Part shown: piece after piece, positions 11,263 to 24,050 of the stretch
Numbering within the stretch: the stretch's first letter is position 1
How the letters are laid out: every line of letters begins with the position of its first letter
Source: the human T2T-CHM13v2.0 reference genome, Homo sapiens
Direction: 5' to 3' (one strand)
Assembly (NCBI RefSeq): GCF_009914755.1
Contig: NC_060945.1
DNA: 64,000 nt
The notes under the pieces: generated by a model
Databases searched by the model: none
Told to the model about the DNA's origin: nothing
What the model saw: the letters and a program-made list of their open reading frames with translations, nothing else
Position numbers and translations under genes: made by a program

Positions 11263-13406
11263 TCAACTTTGGCCTGTTTGAGTCAACAAAGTAAGGCCAA
11301 AAAGACAATGTGCCAGTTTCAATTTATGTTATTAAGGGGCTTTTATATTTTCTCTTTGGCCTTTTTATGCCCTTGATATAAGAAGCACATAAGCTTCTAC
11401 TCCAGTAGCTCCACAATAAGGATAATAGACATTTGCAGAAGAGTCACCCCAGCTGAGTCACCAGAGCCAAAACTAACTTATATCAGCCAACTTGTAAATG
11501 TATTACTGATAACAATCATGATCAGCAAAACTGTCCCAGGAAAAGAAGTCAGCTTCAGTCTTCCTTCTCACCCACCTCAAACAATCTATACTATTTGGAA
11601 TCAAATTTAAATAAAGTTCAAGGGAAGACAAAATAATGTTATCTATGATTATGGATGATGGGGATTGACTGAAAGAGGGAAAAAGGAAACTCTTTGGGGT
11701 GATTGAAGTTTTTTCTGTATCTTGATAGGAGTTTTGGTTACATGGTGGTTTCTTAAATTCATTAAACTTCAATCTCAAGACTTATTTATTTTGTCTTGAT
11801 TTATCTTTAATATAATAATAAAAATATATGTAAAATATTTTTACATATTTTTATTACTTTTTTATATACAGTTAGTCAACCACAGAAAAGGATAATCAGA
11901 GATAATTATTCAGAAAGGAACATTGTTTAGTCTTTTAAGCATCTGCTATTCCTTTCTCCCTTGAAAATGATGTGTAGTGATTAGTTTTCATCCGAACAGG
12001 CATTTTCTCCTTCTTAAAAATGAAAACATGCCCTATTTTGAAGGTGCTGGGATAAGGATGATTATATTTTTATATTACATATATGTTACATATAAGAAAA
12101 ATAGTATATGTAATGTTTCAAACACACAGAAAGAATCTGGAAAAACTGATTAGGATAATATTAAGAAGGAAATAGAGGTTAAACATGTTAACCTGAAAAA
12201 TCATAGTAAATTAAAACATGATGGAAAAAATTCCAAATACATGTGTAATTTCAATCCATGTAAACGAATTAAATATCAACTACAAAAAAAATTCTCATAT
12301 TTTAGAAAAGTGCAATCCACTTCTTATTTTCTTCCTTTTGTTTTCCTGAACAATTCAGTTCTACAGTACTTAGTTGAAGCAAAGCATGGAAAGAGTGTCT
12401 TGGCATGAGATGTCAGAAGCAAAGCATGATAAAGAGGGCATCCACAGTAGGTGTCACAGCCTGAGTGAGATGAAGAGGGCATCAAGTGATGTCTGCCCTC
12501 AGCCATGGGATGTCAGTAACAAAACAGGACAAAAGGGCTCCAAAAGTGTGGGGAAGCTCTTCATGTACTGCAGAAGCCCTGCAGGTTGAGGAAGATATTA
12601 ACCTCAGACATATGGCCATGTATGCCATTTGGGAGCCTAAGCAGGATGATGTAGGGCTATACTGGGGGACCTGGATAAGATATTAGAACCCAGAGTGCAG
12701 AGCGGTGTATAATACGGCTGGAGGTCTTCACATGGGTTTTCAGAATCTGAGCAGAATGAGGGCTGCAGCTTATGTGGATGTTGAAGCCTAGTCAGAAAGA
12801 AGTGTAGAAGACATAAGCTTAATCAAGTGATCACATTGAATGTTATCAGCAATGGTTGGGAGTAGGGGCGTTGGGAGACAGTATATAATTTCATAGAAAG
12901 CAGAAAAATAGAACATTGCTTAAATTCCTGCTGAAGATACATAACTTGAATCTAATTATATGGAAACATGAGACAACCCCAAAATTAAAGTATGTTTTAC
13001 AAAATCTATGGGAAAAGCTGTTTCAGACTGATCAAGGCATGATTCATAATTTGATCATTTTACTATAAATTATATTATTTAAACACTTGTCAAAGCTTGA
13101 ATATAGTCTGGGATCAATGGTGGTAATGTATCAATATTAATTTCTTGATTTTGACAGTTGTGATTATGTAGGAGCATTTAGAAAGAGACAGCAATTTAGT
13201 GTTCAGAGATAATAGGAATCAGATCAGTAACAATCTTAAATGGCTGAGAAAACCAATGATTTTTGCACTATACTTGCCACATTATAAATTTGAATTTGTG
13301 ATTTATGTATATATACACATAAATATTGTGTATGTATACCTACAAAGATATACCAGAATGTAACTTATACTGTAAACATTAAAACTCATAGTAAAATATT
13401 CATATA

Positions 13407-13743
13407 TAGTCATCTCTGAGCATCCATGTGGAATTCATTTCAGGATCCCCCATGAATACCAAAATCCATGGATGCTCAAGTCCCTTATATAAAGTGGTAT
13501 ATTATTTGTATATAACCTATGCACATCCTCTTGTATACTGTAAATTATTTCTAGATTACTTATAATACCAAAACAATATAAATACCATGTAAATACTTAC
13601 TATACTGTATTGTTTAGGGAATAATGACAAGAAAAAGTCTGTACGTGTTCACTATTCGTGCAACCATTATTTTTTCAACTATTTTTGATCTGCAGTTGGT
13701 TGAATCTATGAATGAAGAACCCATGGATAGAGAGGGCCAACTG
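13407..13743. mobile_element. MER2 (Tigger-family MITE)
   Basis: ataccaaaatccatggatgctcaagtcccttatataaa ... cccatggatagagagggccaactg; TA flanks. Confidence 0.92.
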
Positions 13744-13956
13744 TATAAAGAGTCAGGAATAAGAGAAGAATTCTCATTATTATATCTTCGATTCATCATC
13801 GTATGGAAGTACTATCCAATTTCCTATAAGAAGAAAACATGAAACAAAAAAGAAAACAGTGTTCTTCTTTTCATGCAATAGGCTTATCTTCATAGAAAAG
13901 GTATAGAAGAGTCTGCAAACCACTGGAAATATTTAGAAAATTCAGCAAGTTTGCTA

Positions 13957-14033
13957 TAAGGTTGACGCAAAAGTAACTGCAGTTTTTACCATTAAGTCAT
14001 GGTAAAACCGCAATTACTTTTTTGCCATCCTAA
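13957..14033. mobile_element. MADE1 (Hsmar1 mariner MITE), palindromic
   Basis: aggttgacgcaaaagtaactgcagtttttacc / ggtaaaaccgcaattacttttttgccatcct inverted repeat, TA on both sides. Confidence 0.9.
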
Positions 14034-14232
14034 TAATTTATTACATTCTATGTATTTCTGAGTATATTAGCAATTTCCATACAAAACAAGCAAAGCATTT
14101 TAAAAGAACATTTTAATTTTGATTTTAATTAAAATATTATATTTTAAAATTTCAAATATATTAAATACATTTAAGTATGTAAAATAGAACACATTTAAAA
14201 TGTATTGATATATTAAATATTATACTATTCGC

Positions 14233-14598
14233 TGTAATGGTTAATTTTAAGTGTCAACTTGGAAGATGTTTTGAATGAGTTTAATATTTAAATCAGTGAA
14301 CTTCGATTAAAGCAGATTGCTCCCCATAATGTGAGTGGGCTTCATCCAATCAGTTAAAGACTTGAATAGAACAGAAACCAGCCTTTCTGAGTAAGAGAAC
14401 AATTTTTCAGACGTCAACTGCACTGTCGGCTCTCCTGGGTCTCCAGGCTGCCAGCCCACACTGTAAATTTTAAACTTCCTAGCTTCCATAATTGCATGAG
14501 GAAATTTCTTATTGTAAATCTCTCTCCCTCTCTCTTTTTTTCTCTGTCTCTCCCATTGCCTATCGGTTCTGTTTCTGTGAAGAATCCCGACTCATATA
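14233..14598 (+). mobile_element. MLT2 (ERVL, MLT2D-like) solo LTR within degraded L1ME sequence
   Basis: tgtaatggttaattttaagtgtcaacttg start, gtgggcttcatccaatcagtt, ggttctgtttctgtgaagaatcccgactcatata end; near-TSD ttcgc/ttctc. Confidence 0.88.
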
Positions 14599-15738
14599 TT
14601 CTCACAGTAGCACAAAATTATAAGATATGTAGGAATATATCATATTTTAAAATATCTTTGTGAAAAAATAATAAAACATTTAAAAAATAACAGTACACTT
14701 GAATAAGTGATGGATGTTAGAACATGTTTATGGATGAAGTTATTATGGTGAACATGAAAATTCTTCCCAAATTAATCGATAAATTTAGTGCAATTCCAAT
14801 AAAAATACCATTATACAATAATATTTCATGAAATATGTGAGGTCGATAAACACATATAAAGATTGTCAGCCAAAAGAAGCTGACAATTTTGAAGTAAAAT
14901 GTATGGCTAGTTTTACCTCATAATATTGAAGGTTTATTGAGGGTTATTATAAAATGTGAGTAATTTGGTCAATTTGGTATTTGTGTCAAATTAGACAAAT
15001 AGATCAATAAATTGGAATGAACAACACAGAAATAGCTCAGGTGTAATTGGTACCTGTATACATGTTGCCCGTATGAAGAAGGATTCATCTAGATTCATGT
15101 TTCACATGATGCAACATAGCATTTTGTCTGAATTTGAAATCTAAATATAAAAAATAATACCTTAACACATCTAGATGTTGATGAAAATGTATTTTGGGTA
15201 TAGATGAATTTCTTAAATAAGGCAAAAGCACAAACTATGTGAGATTAATAAATATGACTATATTATTTTTAAATGGCACAGGAAGATGTAATAAAATTAA
15301 AAAGTAAGCCAAAAACTGGGAAAATATATTTTTAAAACAAACAATGAAGAAACAAAACTAATGAGAATACATAAAGAATGACTATATATTAGTACGGAAA
15401 AAAAAAACAGAATAACTAGTAAAAATAATAAAGTATCAATCTAAGCAGTAATAGGGAAGATTCAAGTCAAAACAATGAAACTATTTTATAGTTGTCAAAG
15501 GGATAAAAATTAAGAGGTCTGAAAACACTGAATCCTGTGTACTGGGGAAACTGGAACTCTTAGATACTGGTGTTGGGAATGGAAATTGTTAGTCAATTTG
15601 GAGAACAATTTGACATTTACTAGTAGAGCTGAGAATAATATACAATGACACACTGATTCAACTTCTAGGTTAACAGGATATGTGCAAATGTTGCTAAGGA
15701 TGTTTATGATAGCATTGATTGTAATAAGTAAAGAATAG

Positions 15739-16080
15739 TGATATGGTTTGGCTGTGTGCCAATCCAAATCTCATCTGGAATTCCCACGTGTTATGTGGGG
15801 GACCCGGTGGGAGGTAATTGAATCATGGGAACAGTTCTTTCCTGTTTTGTTCTCATGATAGTTTGTCTCGGGAGATCTGATGGTTTTACAAGGGAGAGTT
15901 GCCCTGCTCAAATTCCTTCTTCTGTTGTCTGCCACCATGTGAGACATGCTTTTCATCTACTGCCATAATTGTGAGGCCTTCCCAGCCACGTGGAACTGTA
16001 AGTCTAATAAACCTCTTTCTTTTGTAAATTGCCCAGTCTCAGGTATGTCTTTATCAGCAGCATGAAAATGGATTAATAAA
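15739..16080 (+). mobile_element. THE1A-like solo LTR
   Basis: tgatatggtttggctgtgt...taagtctaataaacctctttcttttgtaaattgcccagtc. Confidence 0.9.
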
Positions 16081-16445
16081 GTCACCCTTGATTTTGCCAT
16101 TATTAAAATAAAGAATATACATTAGTTTGCTCATAAAATAAAATACTATATGAGAGTTAAATGTATTTATATGTCCAACATAAGTAACATTTAAAAATGT
16201 AGTATTGGATGATGAAAGCAAGTCTTAAAATATATATATTGTATGATAAGATACAATTGGCCATTGAACACCACACGTTTGAATAGCACAGGTTCACTTT
16301 TTTGCAGACTTTATTCTGCTTCTGCCACCCCTGAGACAGCAAGACCAACCCCTCCTTTTCCCCTCTCCTCAGCCTACTCAACATGAACATGATGAGGATG
16401 AAGACCTTTATGATAATCTACTTCCACTTAACAAGTAGTAAATAT

Positions 16446-16586
16446 TCTTCTTCCTCCTCCCCCTCCCCCTCCTCCTCTTCTTCCTCCTCCCCCCTCTTCC
16501 CCCTCTTCACCCTCTTCTCCGTCTTCCCCCTCTTCCCCCTCTTCCCCTTCTCCCTCTCCCTCTCCTTCTCCTTCTTCTTCTTCTAT
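16446..16586. repeat. Polypyrimidine (CT-rich) tract at the Alu tail, with ttccccctc 9-bp periodicity
   Basis: About 140 bp almost purely C/T on the + strand. Confidence 0.95.
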
Positions 16587-16864
<278 letters not shown>

Positions 16865-18999
16865 ATATTTTCGCTTCCTTATAATTTTCTTAATAATATT
16901 TTTTCTCTAGTTTGTTTTATTGTAACAATAGAGTATATAAAACATATAACATACAAAATATGTGTTACTCAATTGTTACGTTTTCTGTAAGGCTTCTGGT
17001 CAACAGTAGGCTGTTAGTAGACTGCACAGGGGTTGGTGTCCCCAACCCCCACATTGTTCAAGGATCAACTATACAATCGATTTTATCAATAATAAAGCCA
17101 AATATTTTACTTCTAATTATACACATATAGAATAAAAACATAAAGTTATGCACATTTATTTATTTAATGCTATTTGACATTTTAATGTATTTTTCTACAA
17201 AATGCCTGCTCATATGTTCTACCCACATTCCTATTGTATTTTTTCTTATTACTACTTGTTATTCTAAGGTATTATAAAACAATATTTTAGAACTATTTTT
17301 GTCAAGTCAATTGATTTGTGCTGTTCTTTGTTCATTATTTGTGCAAATATTACTTCAATTATTTTTATTATTTTATGCAGTTATATCTATTAATCTTTTC
17401 CTGATTCTTTTATATATATTCATTTAACATGTTATAGCTTTCTATAGTCACACATCTACCATGTTGAAATGAATTGAAATCATGAAATCATGTTAAATAT
17501 TTTAACATTAGTTTTTATGAAAAATTTGCCTCTGATTTTCAGAAAATATTATATAGTGTCCAACACTGGAAGATTTTAGTTTCTGTATTTGTTTTTAAAC
17601 AAAATTGGTGTTATATTTTATCACATGACTTTTTAGCATCTGTCAAGATTATGGAGACCATGGGAAACAATGAATTTAGAGAACAAGAAGATTCCTGGTA
17701 GCAGCAATAAAAAAGACATGAGAGCACAAGGTTTCCCTAGTTTACTTCAAATCAATTGTATATGCTTCAAAAATAAAGTTATTAGGTTATTTTCATCCTT
17801 ACTAGAATGAGGAAGGTATACAGAAAAGTTATTTAACAACTGGTATAATGCAACTAATTCGAATTAAAGTTAGGGCAGAGTCCTGAAGGTGCCCTGATGG
17901 ACCAGGGATTAATTTTTCAGTTCATGGACTGTGTACAAATCTCAGAAATTAGAGATTCAGCAGGGGCATCTTGGGTGGGAAGGGCAACCAGGATGCAAGA
18001 ACTAACCAATGTATCTTTAAACAGACAAAAAATATTACTAAATTGATATTAATATTGATAATAATATCAGTATGTCGATTGAATATCAACACACTATAAA
18101 TACTAGTTAAAATAATATTTGTCATTATTGGCCTTTCAAGTTATTAATTATTCAAATTGCATATTCTTTCAATGATGCAATGCCATTTAATTTTGAAAGT
18201 ATCATCACATAAATTTTCTTCCTAGATATCTAAAATAATTTTAAATTTATTGTGTCATTGAAATTTTGTTATATAGTCACACATGCGCAGGTTGAGCACA
18301 ATTTTATACTTATTCATTTTTATGCTTTATTAATTACATTTAATAAATATATTGAATACTAAAAATATTTCTGGCACTAAAATATTAGTACAAACTTCAA
18401 AGGTTATCAATTTAAGATCAGTACAGTCACAAATGGGGTATTTAACAATGGGTGGGGACCTATATGATTGTTAGAGTAACTGGAAGATGCTACTGACATT
18501 TATTGAGTGTGGGCTAGGAATGGTCAACCTCTTAGAATACATAGTCCATACAAAGAGTTATTGTGTAAATCCAAATACAAAGAATGTTCTCATTGATATA
18601 TACTGATCCATTTTTTTAGGGGCTATGCAGATTCAAATGAAATGCAACACAATGAAAATATGTAGTTCATTGTCAATGAATGCATGGTATTTGCATGTGG
18701 GTTTGTATATTGTTAAATTTGAGCAATTAATCTGTGGAATTATATTTATGATCTCTGAAGATGGCTGTATGTAGTATTTATTTCTTAAATTACCAATAAT
18801 CTAAATAAGTATATAACACAGCTTAATAAAAAATATGTGTATATATGGATGTGTGTATCTATCGCTCTCTATATATGAAACATACAGAGTTTTATATTTC
18901 ATTCTATCATTGTAACTATAGTAAGTGAAGGCAACCATACTGCCTTGGTTTTCCCATTGCATGCTACTATTTGTTTTGATCAAATTCTTGCCTAAATCA

Positions 19000-19400
19000 G
19001 AATGCTAAAGCACTTCAGAGCTCAATCCTTCAACCTCTTTTGTATTTACATCCACTTCCTAATTGAAAGTTCAGGTTCCTTGACTTTAAATGTCATTTAT
19101 GAAGTTGTAACTCTTACATTTCTATCTCCACCCCGATCATTGCCCTGAAATTCAGATTGTAAATTCAACTGTCAGTTGCAATACACATTTTCACACAAAA
19201 AAACGATGTCTGCTTCCAAATCTTGATAAAGACCTCATGAGAAACCCTGAGACAACCAACTTGAATGTAGAATGGTTATTTCGAACTAAACAATTTGTAA
19301 GCCAAGCCTTTTACTTTCCTCCTCAGACACCCTCCTTGTCCAGTTTTTCTTCTGCAATCTCAATCAGTTTTTCTTCTGCAATCTCAATAAATGCAATGAC
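19000..19400 (+). mobile_element. Degraded L2 fragment
   Basis: gactttaaatgtcatttatg...tctatctccaccccgatcattgccctgaaattcaga is L2-like. Confidence 0.5.
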
Positions 19401-19559
19401 CAAAAATCTCTGCCACAAATATCAAAATCGTAAGCAAGTGCTTCAAGTTCTATTTAGCATGACTACCATCAGTTAGAAAAAGCAGAATTCTATTTATGAG
19501 AGACTACCATAAAAGGCACATATTGACCAATCTTATTTATGAGCATTTATTTATGAGCA

Positions 19560-19780
19560 CTTATTGTATTGTATATTTCAAAATATCTAGAAGAGAGGAT
19601 TTCAAATGTTATCATCACAATGACATAATAAATGATTGAAATGATGGAGAAGCTAAATGCTCTGATTTGATCATTTCAAGAATGTATACATGTATCCAAA
19701 CATCACACAGTAATAAATAAATATGTATAATTATTACATGTCATTTAGAAATAAAATGCTACTTAAAAAATAAAAAATTT
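19560..19780 (+). mobile_element. L1MA 3' end inside older L1M ORF2 remnants (to ~20950)
   Basis: ttgtatatttcaaaatatctagaagagaggatttcaaatgtt...ctgatttgatcatt and an A-rich end. Confidence 0.75.
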
Positions 19781-21063
19781 AAATCTAAAGCAAAATATTG
19801 ACAAGAAGAATCTAACAATCATTCTCAAAATTATTTGGCCAAGTAGAGATATTCTTCAGTAATATGAAGCTGATTTTATACCAACATATTTATGAATATA
19901 ATATGTAAGTAAAGTAGAAAATCAAATGATTATATTCATTGATGCTAAAAGACATTTAATAAAATATAGAAGCCACTTTCAAAAAAATTATAAATAGAAG
20001 AAAACTTTAAATGAATACACAATAATTTGGTAAAACCAATAGCAGTGTTTATTCTAAATGGTAAACCTCAAAATTTATTTTTATAAATTCCTAAAGAAAG
20101 AATCTTTTTGTCTGATGTCAACTTAACTATTCTACACCTTTGAGGTCAAAGGAAATATAGAGAAAAATAAAATACTTTTCAATATTTTGTAATACAAAAA
20201 GGAATAAAATTGTCTCATGTTGTCATGTAATTACACACCTACATGGAAGAAATTCTAGTAAATGTCTACAACACGGAAAAGACCATAGTAAATTAATAAT
20301 GAAATTATTAATAATGAATAGTGAAATGTATGCTTTCATAAAAGGCAGAAAAAATCAATAACTTATCTCCCTACCAACCTGAAACACTTTTAATTGGAAA
20401 TGGGAAAGTATACCATTCACAAAAATATAGACACTGGGAGATGTTTCAAAAGATAAAAGACTCATAGGATGTCCTGAATACATAGAAGGGTATTCCCATG
20501 TTCTTGGATAGGAAGAGTTCGAGTAATGAAAATGCCAATTCTTTAACAAATAAATATATAAGTGAACTAAAATTCCAATAAGAATTTGAGTTTATAGGAT
20601 AAAATGACCTAAAGTTAGATATAAAAAATAAATATTCAATAGTTAAGAGAGTTTTGAAAAATAACAAATTGAGAAATCATTAGCATATATTAGAATGCAC
20701 TACAAAGTTACTAGGATCAGCACAGCATGCTTAAATAATATAATTAGATAAGTAAATAACTACAAGGGAGTCATGAACTCAGGAAAATATATATTTTCCT
20801 GAGTATAAATAAGAAAATAGGTGCTTCTATTCTGTTTAGAAAAGAGTCTATTTAATCAATTGTGATGGCATAATTGACCAAATATGTAGAAAAAAATAAA
20901 TCTGAGCCGTTAAGTTGCAGTATAAGCACAAATAAACTCTATATGCATTACAGTTGCTGATTACTGGGATATCATCAATTCAGGCCTCACACCCATGGAC
21001 AATGAATGATGTATTTCCTAATTATTGCAAACGTCTTTTTTCCTAATTTCTATACTTTGAAGG

Positions 21064-23365
21064 TGATATGGTTTGGCTGTGTCCCCACCCAAATCTTATC
21101 TTGAATTGTAATCCCCATGTTTCTAGGGAAAGACCCAGCGGGAGTTACTGAATAATGGGGTTGGTTTCTCTCATGCTGTTCTCATGATAGTGAATGAGTT
21201 CTTATGAGATCTGATGGTTTCATAAGCATATGGCATTTCCCCTGCTGGCACTCATTCTCTCTCCTGCCACCCTGTGAAGAGTTGCCTTCTGCCATGATTG
21301 TAAGTTTCCTGGGGCCTCCCCACACCTGCAGAACTAGGCATCAATTAAATTTCTTTTTTTATAAATTACCTAGTCTCAAATATTTCTTCATAACAGCATG
21401 AGAATGGACTAATACAGTAAATTGGTACCAGGAGTGAGGTGTGCATGCTGCTGTAAAGATACCCAAAAGTGTGGAATTGACTTTGGAACTGAATTACAGG
21501 CAGAAGTTGGAACAATTTGGAGGAATCAGAAGAAGACGACAGAAAAATGTGCAAAAGTTTGGAACTTCCTAGAGACTTGAAGGGTTCAGAAGATTGAAAG
21601 ATGTGGGGAAAGTTTCAAACTTCCTAGGGACTTGTTGAATGGCTTTGAACAAAATGCTTAGAATAATATGGACAATGAATTCCAGGCTGAGGTGGTCTCA
21701 GATGGAGGTGAGGGACTTGTTGGGAACTTGAATAGAAGTGATTCTTGCTATGCTTTAGCAAAGAGACTAGTGGCATACTGCAACTCTCCTAGAGATCTGT
21801 GGAACTGTGAACTTGAGAAAGATGATTTATGGTATCTGGTGGACAGAAATTTCTAAGTGGCAAAGTGTTCAAGAGGAAGCAGAGCATAAAAGTTTGGAAA
21901 ATTTGCAGGCTGGTGATGTGATAGAAAAGAAAATCTCATTTTCTGGGGAGAAATTCAAGCCAGCTACAGAAATGTGCATAAGCAATGAGGAGCCCAACGT
22001 TATTCACCAAGATAATGGGGAAAATGTCTCCAAGACATTTCAGAGACCTTCACTGCAGCCCCTCACATCACAGGCCCAGAGGCCTGTGGTTTCATGGACT
22101 GGCCAGGGCCCCCTGCTCTGTGCAGCCTTGGGACATGATGGCCTGAATCCCAGCTGCTTCAGCGCTAGCTGTAGCTAAAAGGGGTCAACGTACAGCTTGA
22201 GCCATTGTTTCAGAGGGTGCCAGCTCCAAGCCTTGATGGCTTCCAAGTGGTGTTGAGCCTATGGGTAGACAGAAGTCAACAACTGAGGTTTGGGAACCTC
22301 CGCCTAGATTTCAGAGGATGTATGGAAATGCCTGGAGATTCAGACAGAAGTTTGCTGCAGGGGTGGGGACTTCATGGAGAACCTCTGCTAGGGAAGTGCA
22401 GAAAAGAAATGTAGGGTTGGTGCTCCCACACAGAGTCCCCTCTGGGGCACTGCCTAATGGAGTTGTGAGAAGACAGCCACCATTCTCCAGACCCCAAAAT
22501 GGTAGATCCACCAACAGCTTGCACCGTGTGCCTGGAAAAATCTGACAGTCAATGTCAGCCTATGAAAGCAGCCAGGAGCTGGGCTATACCCTGCAGAGCC
22601 ACAGGGGCAGAGATGCCCAAGACCACGGGAACCTAACTGTTTCATCAGCGTGACCTGGATGTAAGATATGGAATCAAAAGAGATCATTTTGGAGCTTTAA
22701 GATTTGACTGCCCCATTGGATTTCAGACTTTCATAGGGCCTGCAGCCCCTTGGTTTTGGCCAATTTGTCTCCTTTGGAACAGCTGTATTTACCCAATGCC
22801 TGTACCCCCACTGTATCTAGGAAGTAACTAACTTGCTTTTGATTTTACAGGCTTATAGGCAGAAGGGACTTGCCTTGTCTCAGATGAGACTTTGGACCGT
22901 GTTCTTTTGGGTTAATGCTGAAATGAGTTAAGACTTTCCATGACTGTTGAGAAGGCATGATTGGTTTTGAAATTTGAGGACATGAGATTTGGGAGGTGCC
23001 AGAGGCAGAATGATGTGGTTTGGTTGTGTCCTAACCCAAATCCCATCTTGAATTTTAATCCCCATGTGTCATTGGAGGGACCTGGTAGGAGGTAATTGAA
23101 TCATGGGAGTAGTTTCCCCAGTGCTATTCTCGTGATAGTGAGTGAGTTATCATGAGATCTGATGGTTTTATAAGCATCCAGCATTTCCCCTGCAGGCCCT
23201 CATTCTCTCTCCCACCACCCTCTGAAGAGGTGCCTTCTGCCTTAGTTGTAAGTTTCTTGAGGCCTCCCCAGCCATGCTAAACTGTGAGTCAATTAAGCCT
23301 CTTTCCTTTCTAAATTACCCAGTCACAAGTATGTCTTCATAGCAGCATGAGAATGGACTAATACA
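21064..23365 (+). mobile_element. Full-length THE1D-like MaLR element: LTRs 21064-21416 and 23011-23365
   Basis: Both LTRs read tgat(a/g)tggtttgg...atggactaataca and contain gcatttcccctgc. The internal region gives MDNEFQAEVVSD and VWEPPPRFQRMYGNAW. TSD is imperfect (gaagg/gagga). Confidence 0.95.
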
Positions 23366-23685
23366 GAGGAATTGATCACAAATATGTTTGCTGTTCCCCT
23401 AAAATGATCTGAGGAGGATTTTTCTTGCCTTTAGTGACTCCCTGCTATTTGAGGAGCTTAGTTTCATTTCCAAGTACTAGAGACCAGGCTCTTCCTCACA
23501 CACTTTCATCTGCATACTCCAGGTTTTAAGCATAAACTTGTATCTGCATCTCTGCTTCCTTTATGACTCTTTAGACCTCAAGTCTTCTTGAATTTTATCA
23601 TTTTGAATTTATTCTTTGTTTCCTGAACCAGGGTGTTTTCTTTGTTAGGTATACCTTTGATTTAATGTTAAAATGTGTTCACAGG

Positions 23686-24050
<365 letters not shown>

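Noticed and set aside
15739-16080. Missing TSD around the THE1A solo LTR as a sign of rearrangement
   Set aside because: The terminus is mutated and the flanks are degraded; this cannot be distinguished from ordinary decay.
21518-21634. Diverged ~50-60-bp tandem duplication in the THE1D internal region
   Set aside because: The copies are strongly diverged, and I recall this duplication in other THE1D-int copies. It is probably inherited from the source element (not verified).
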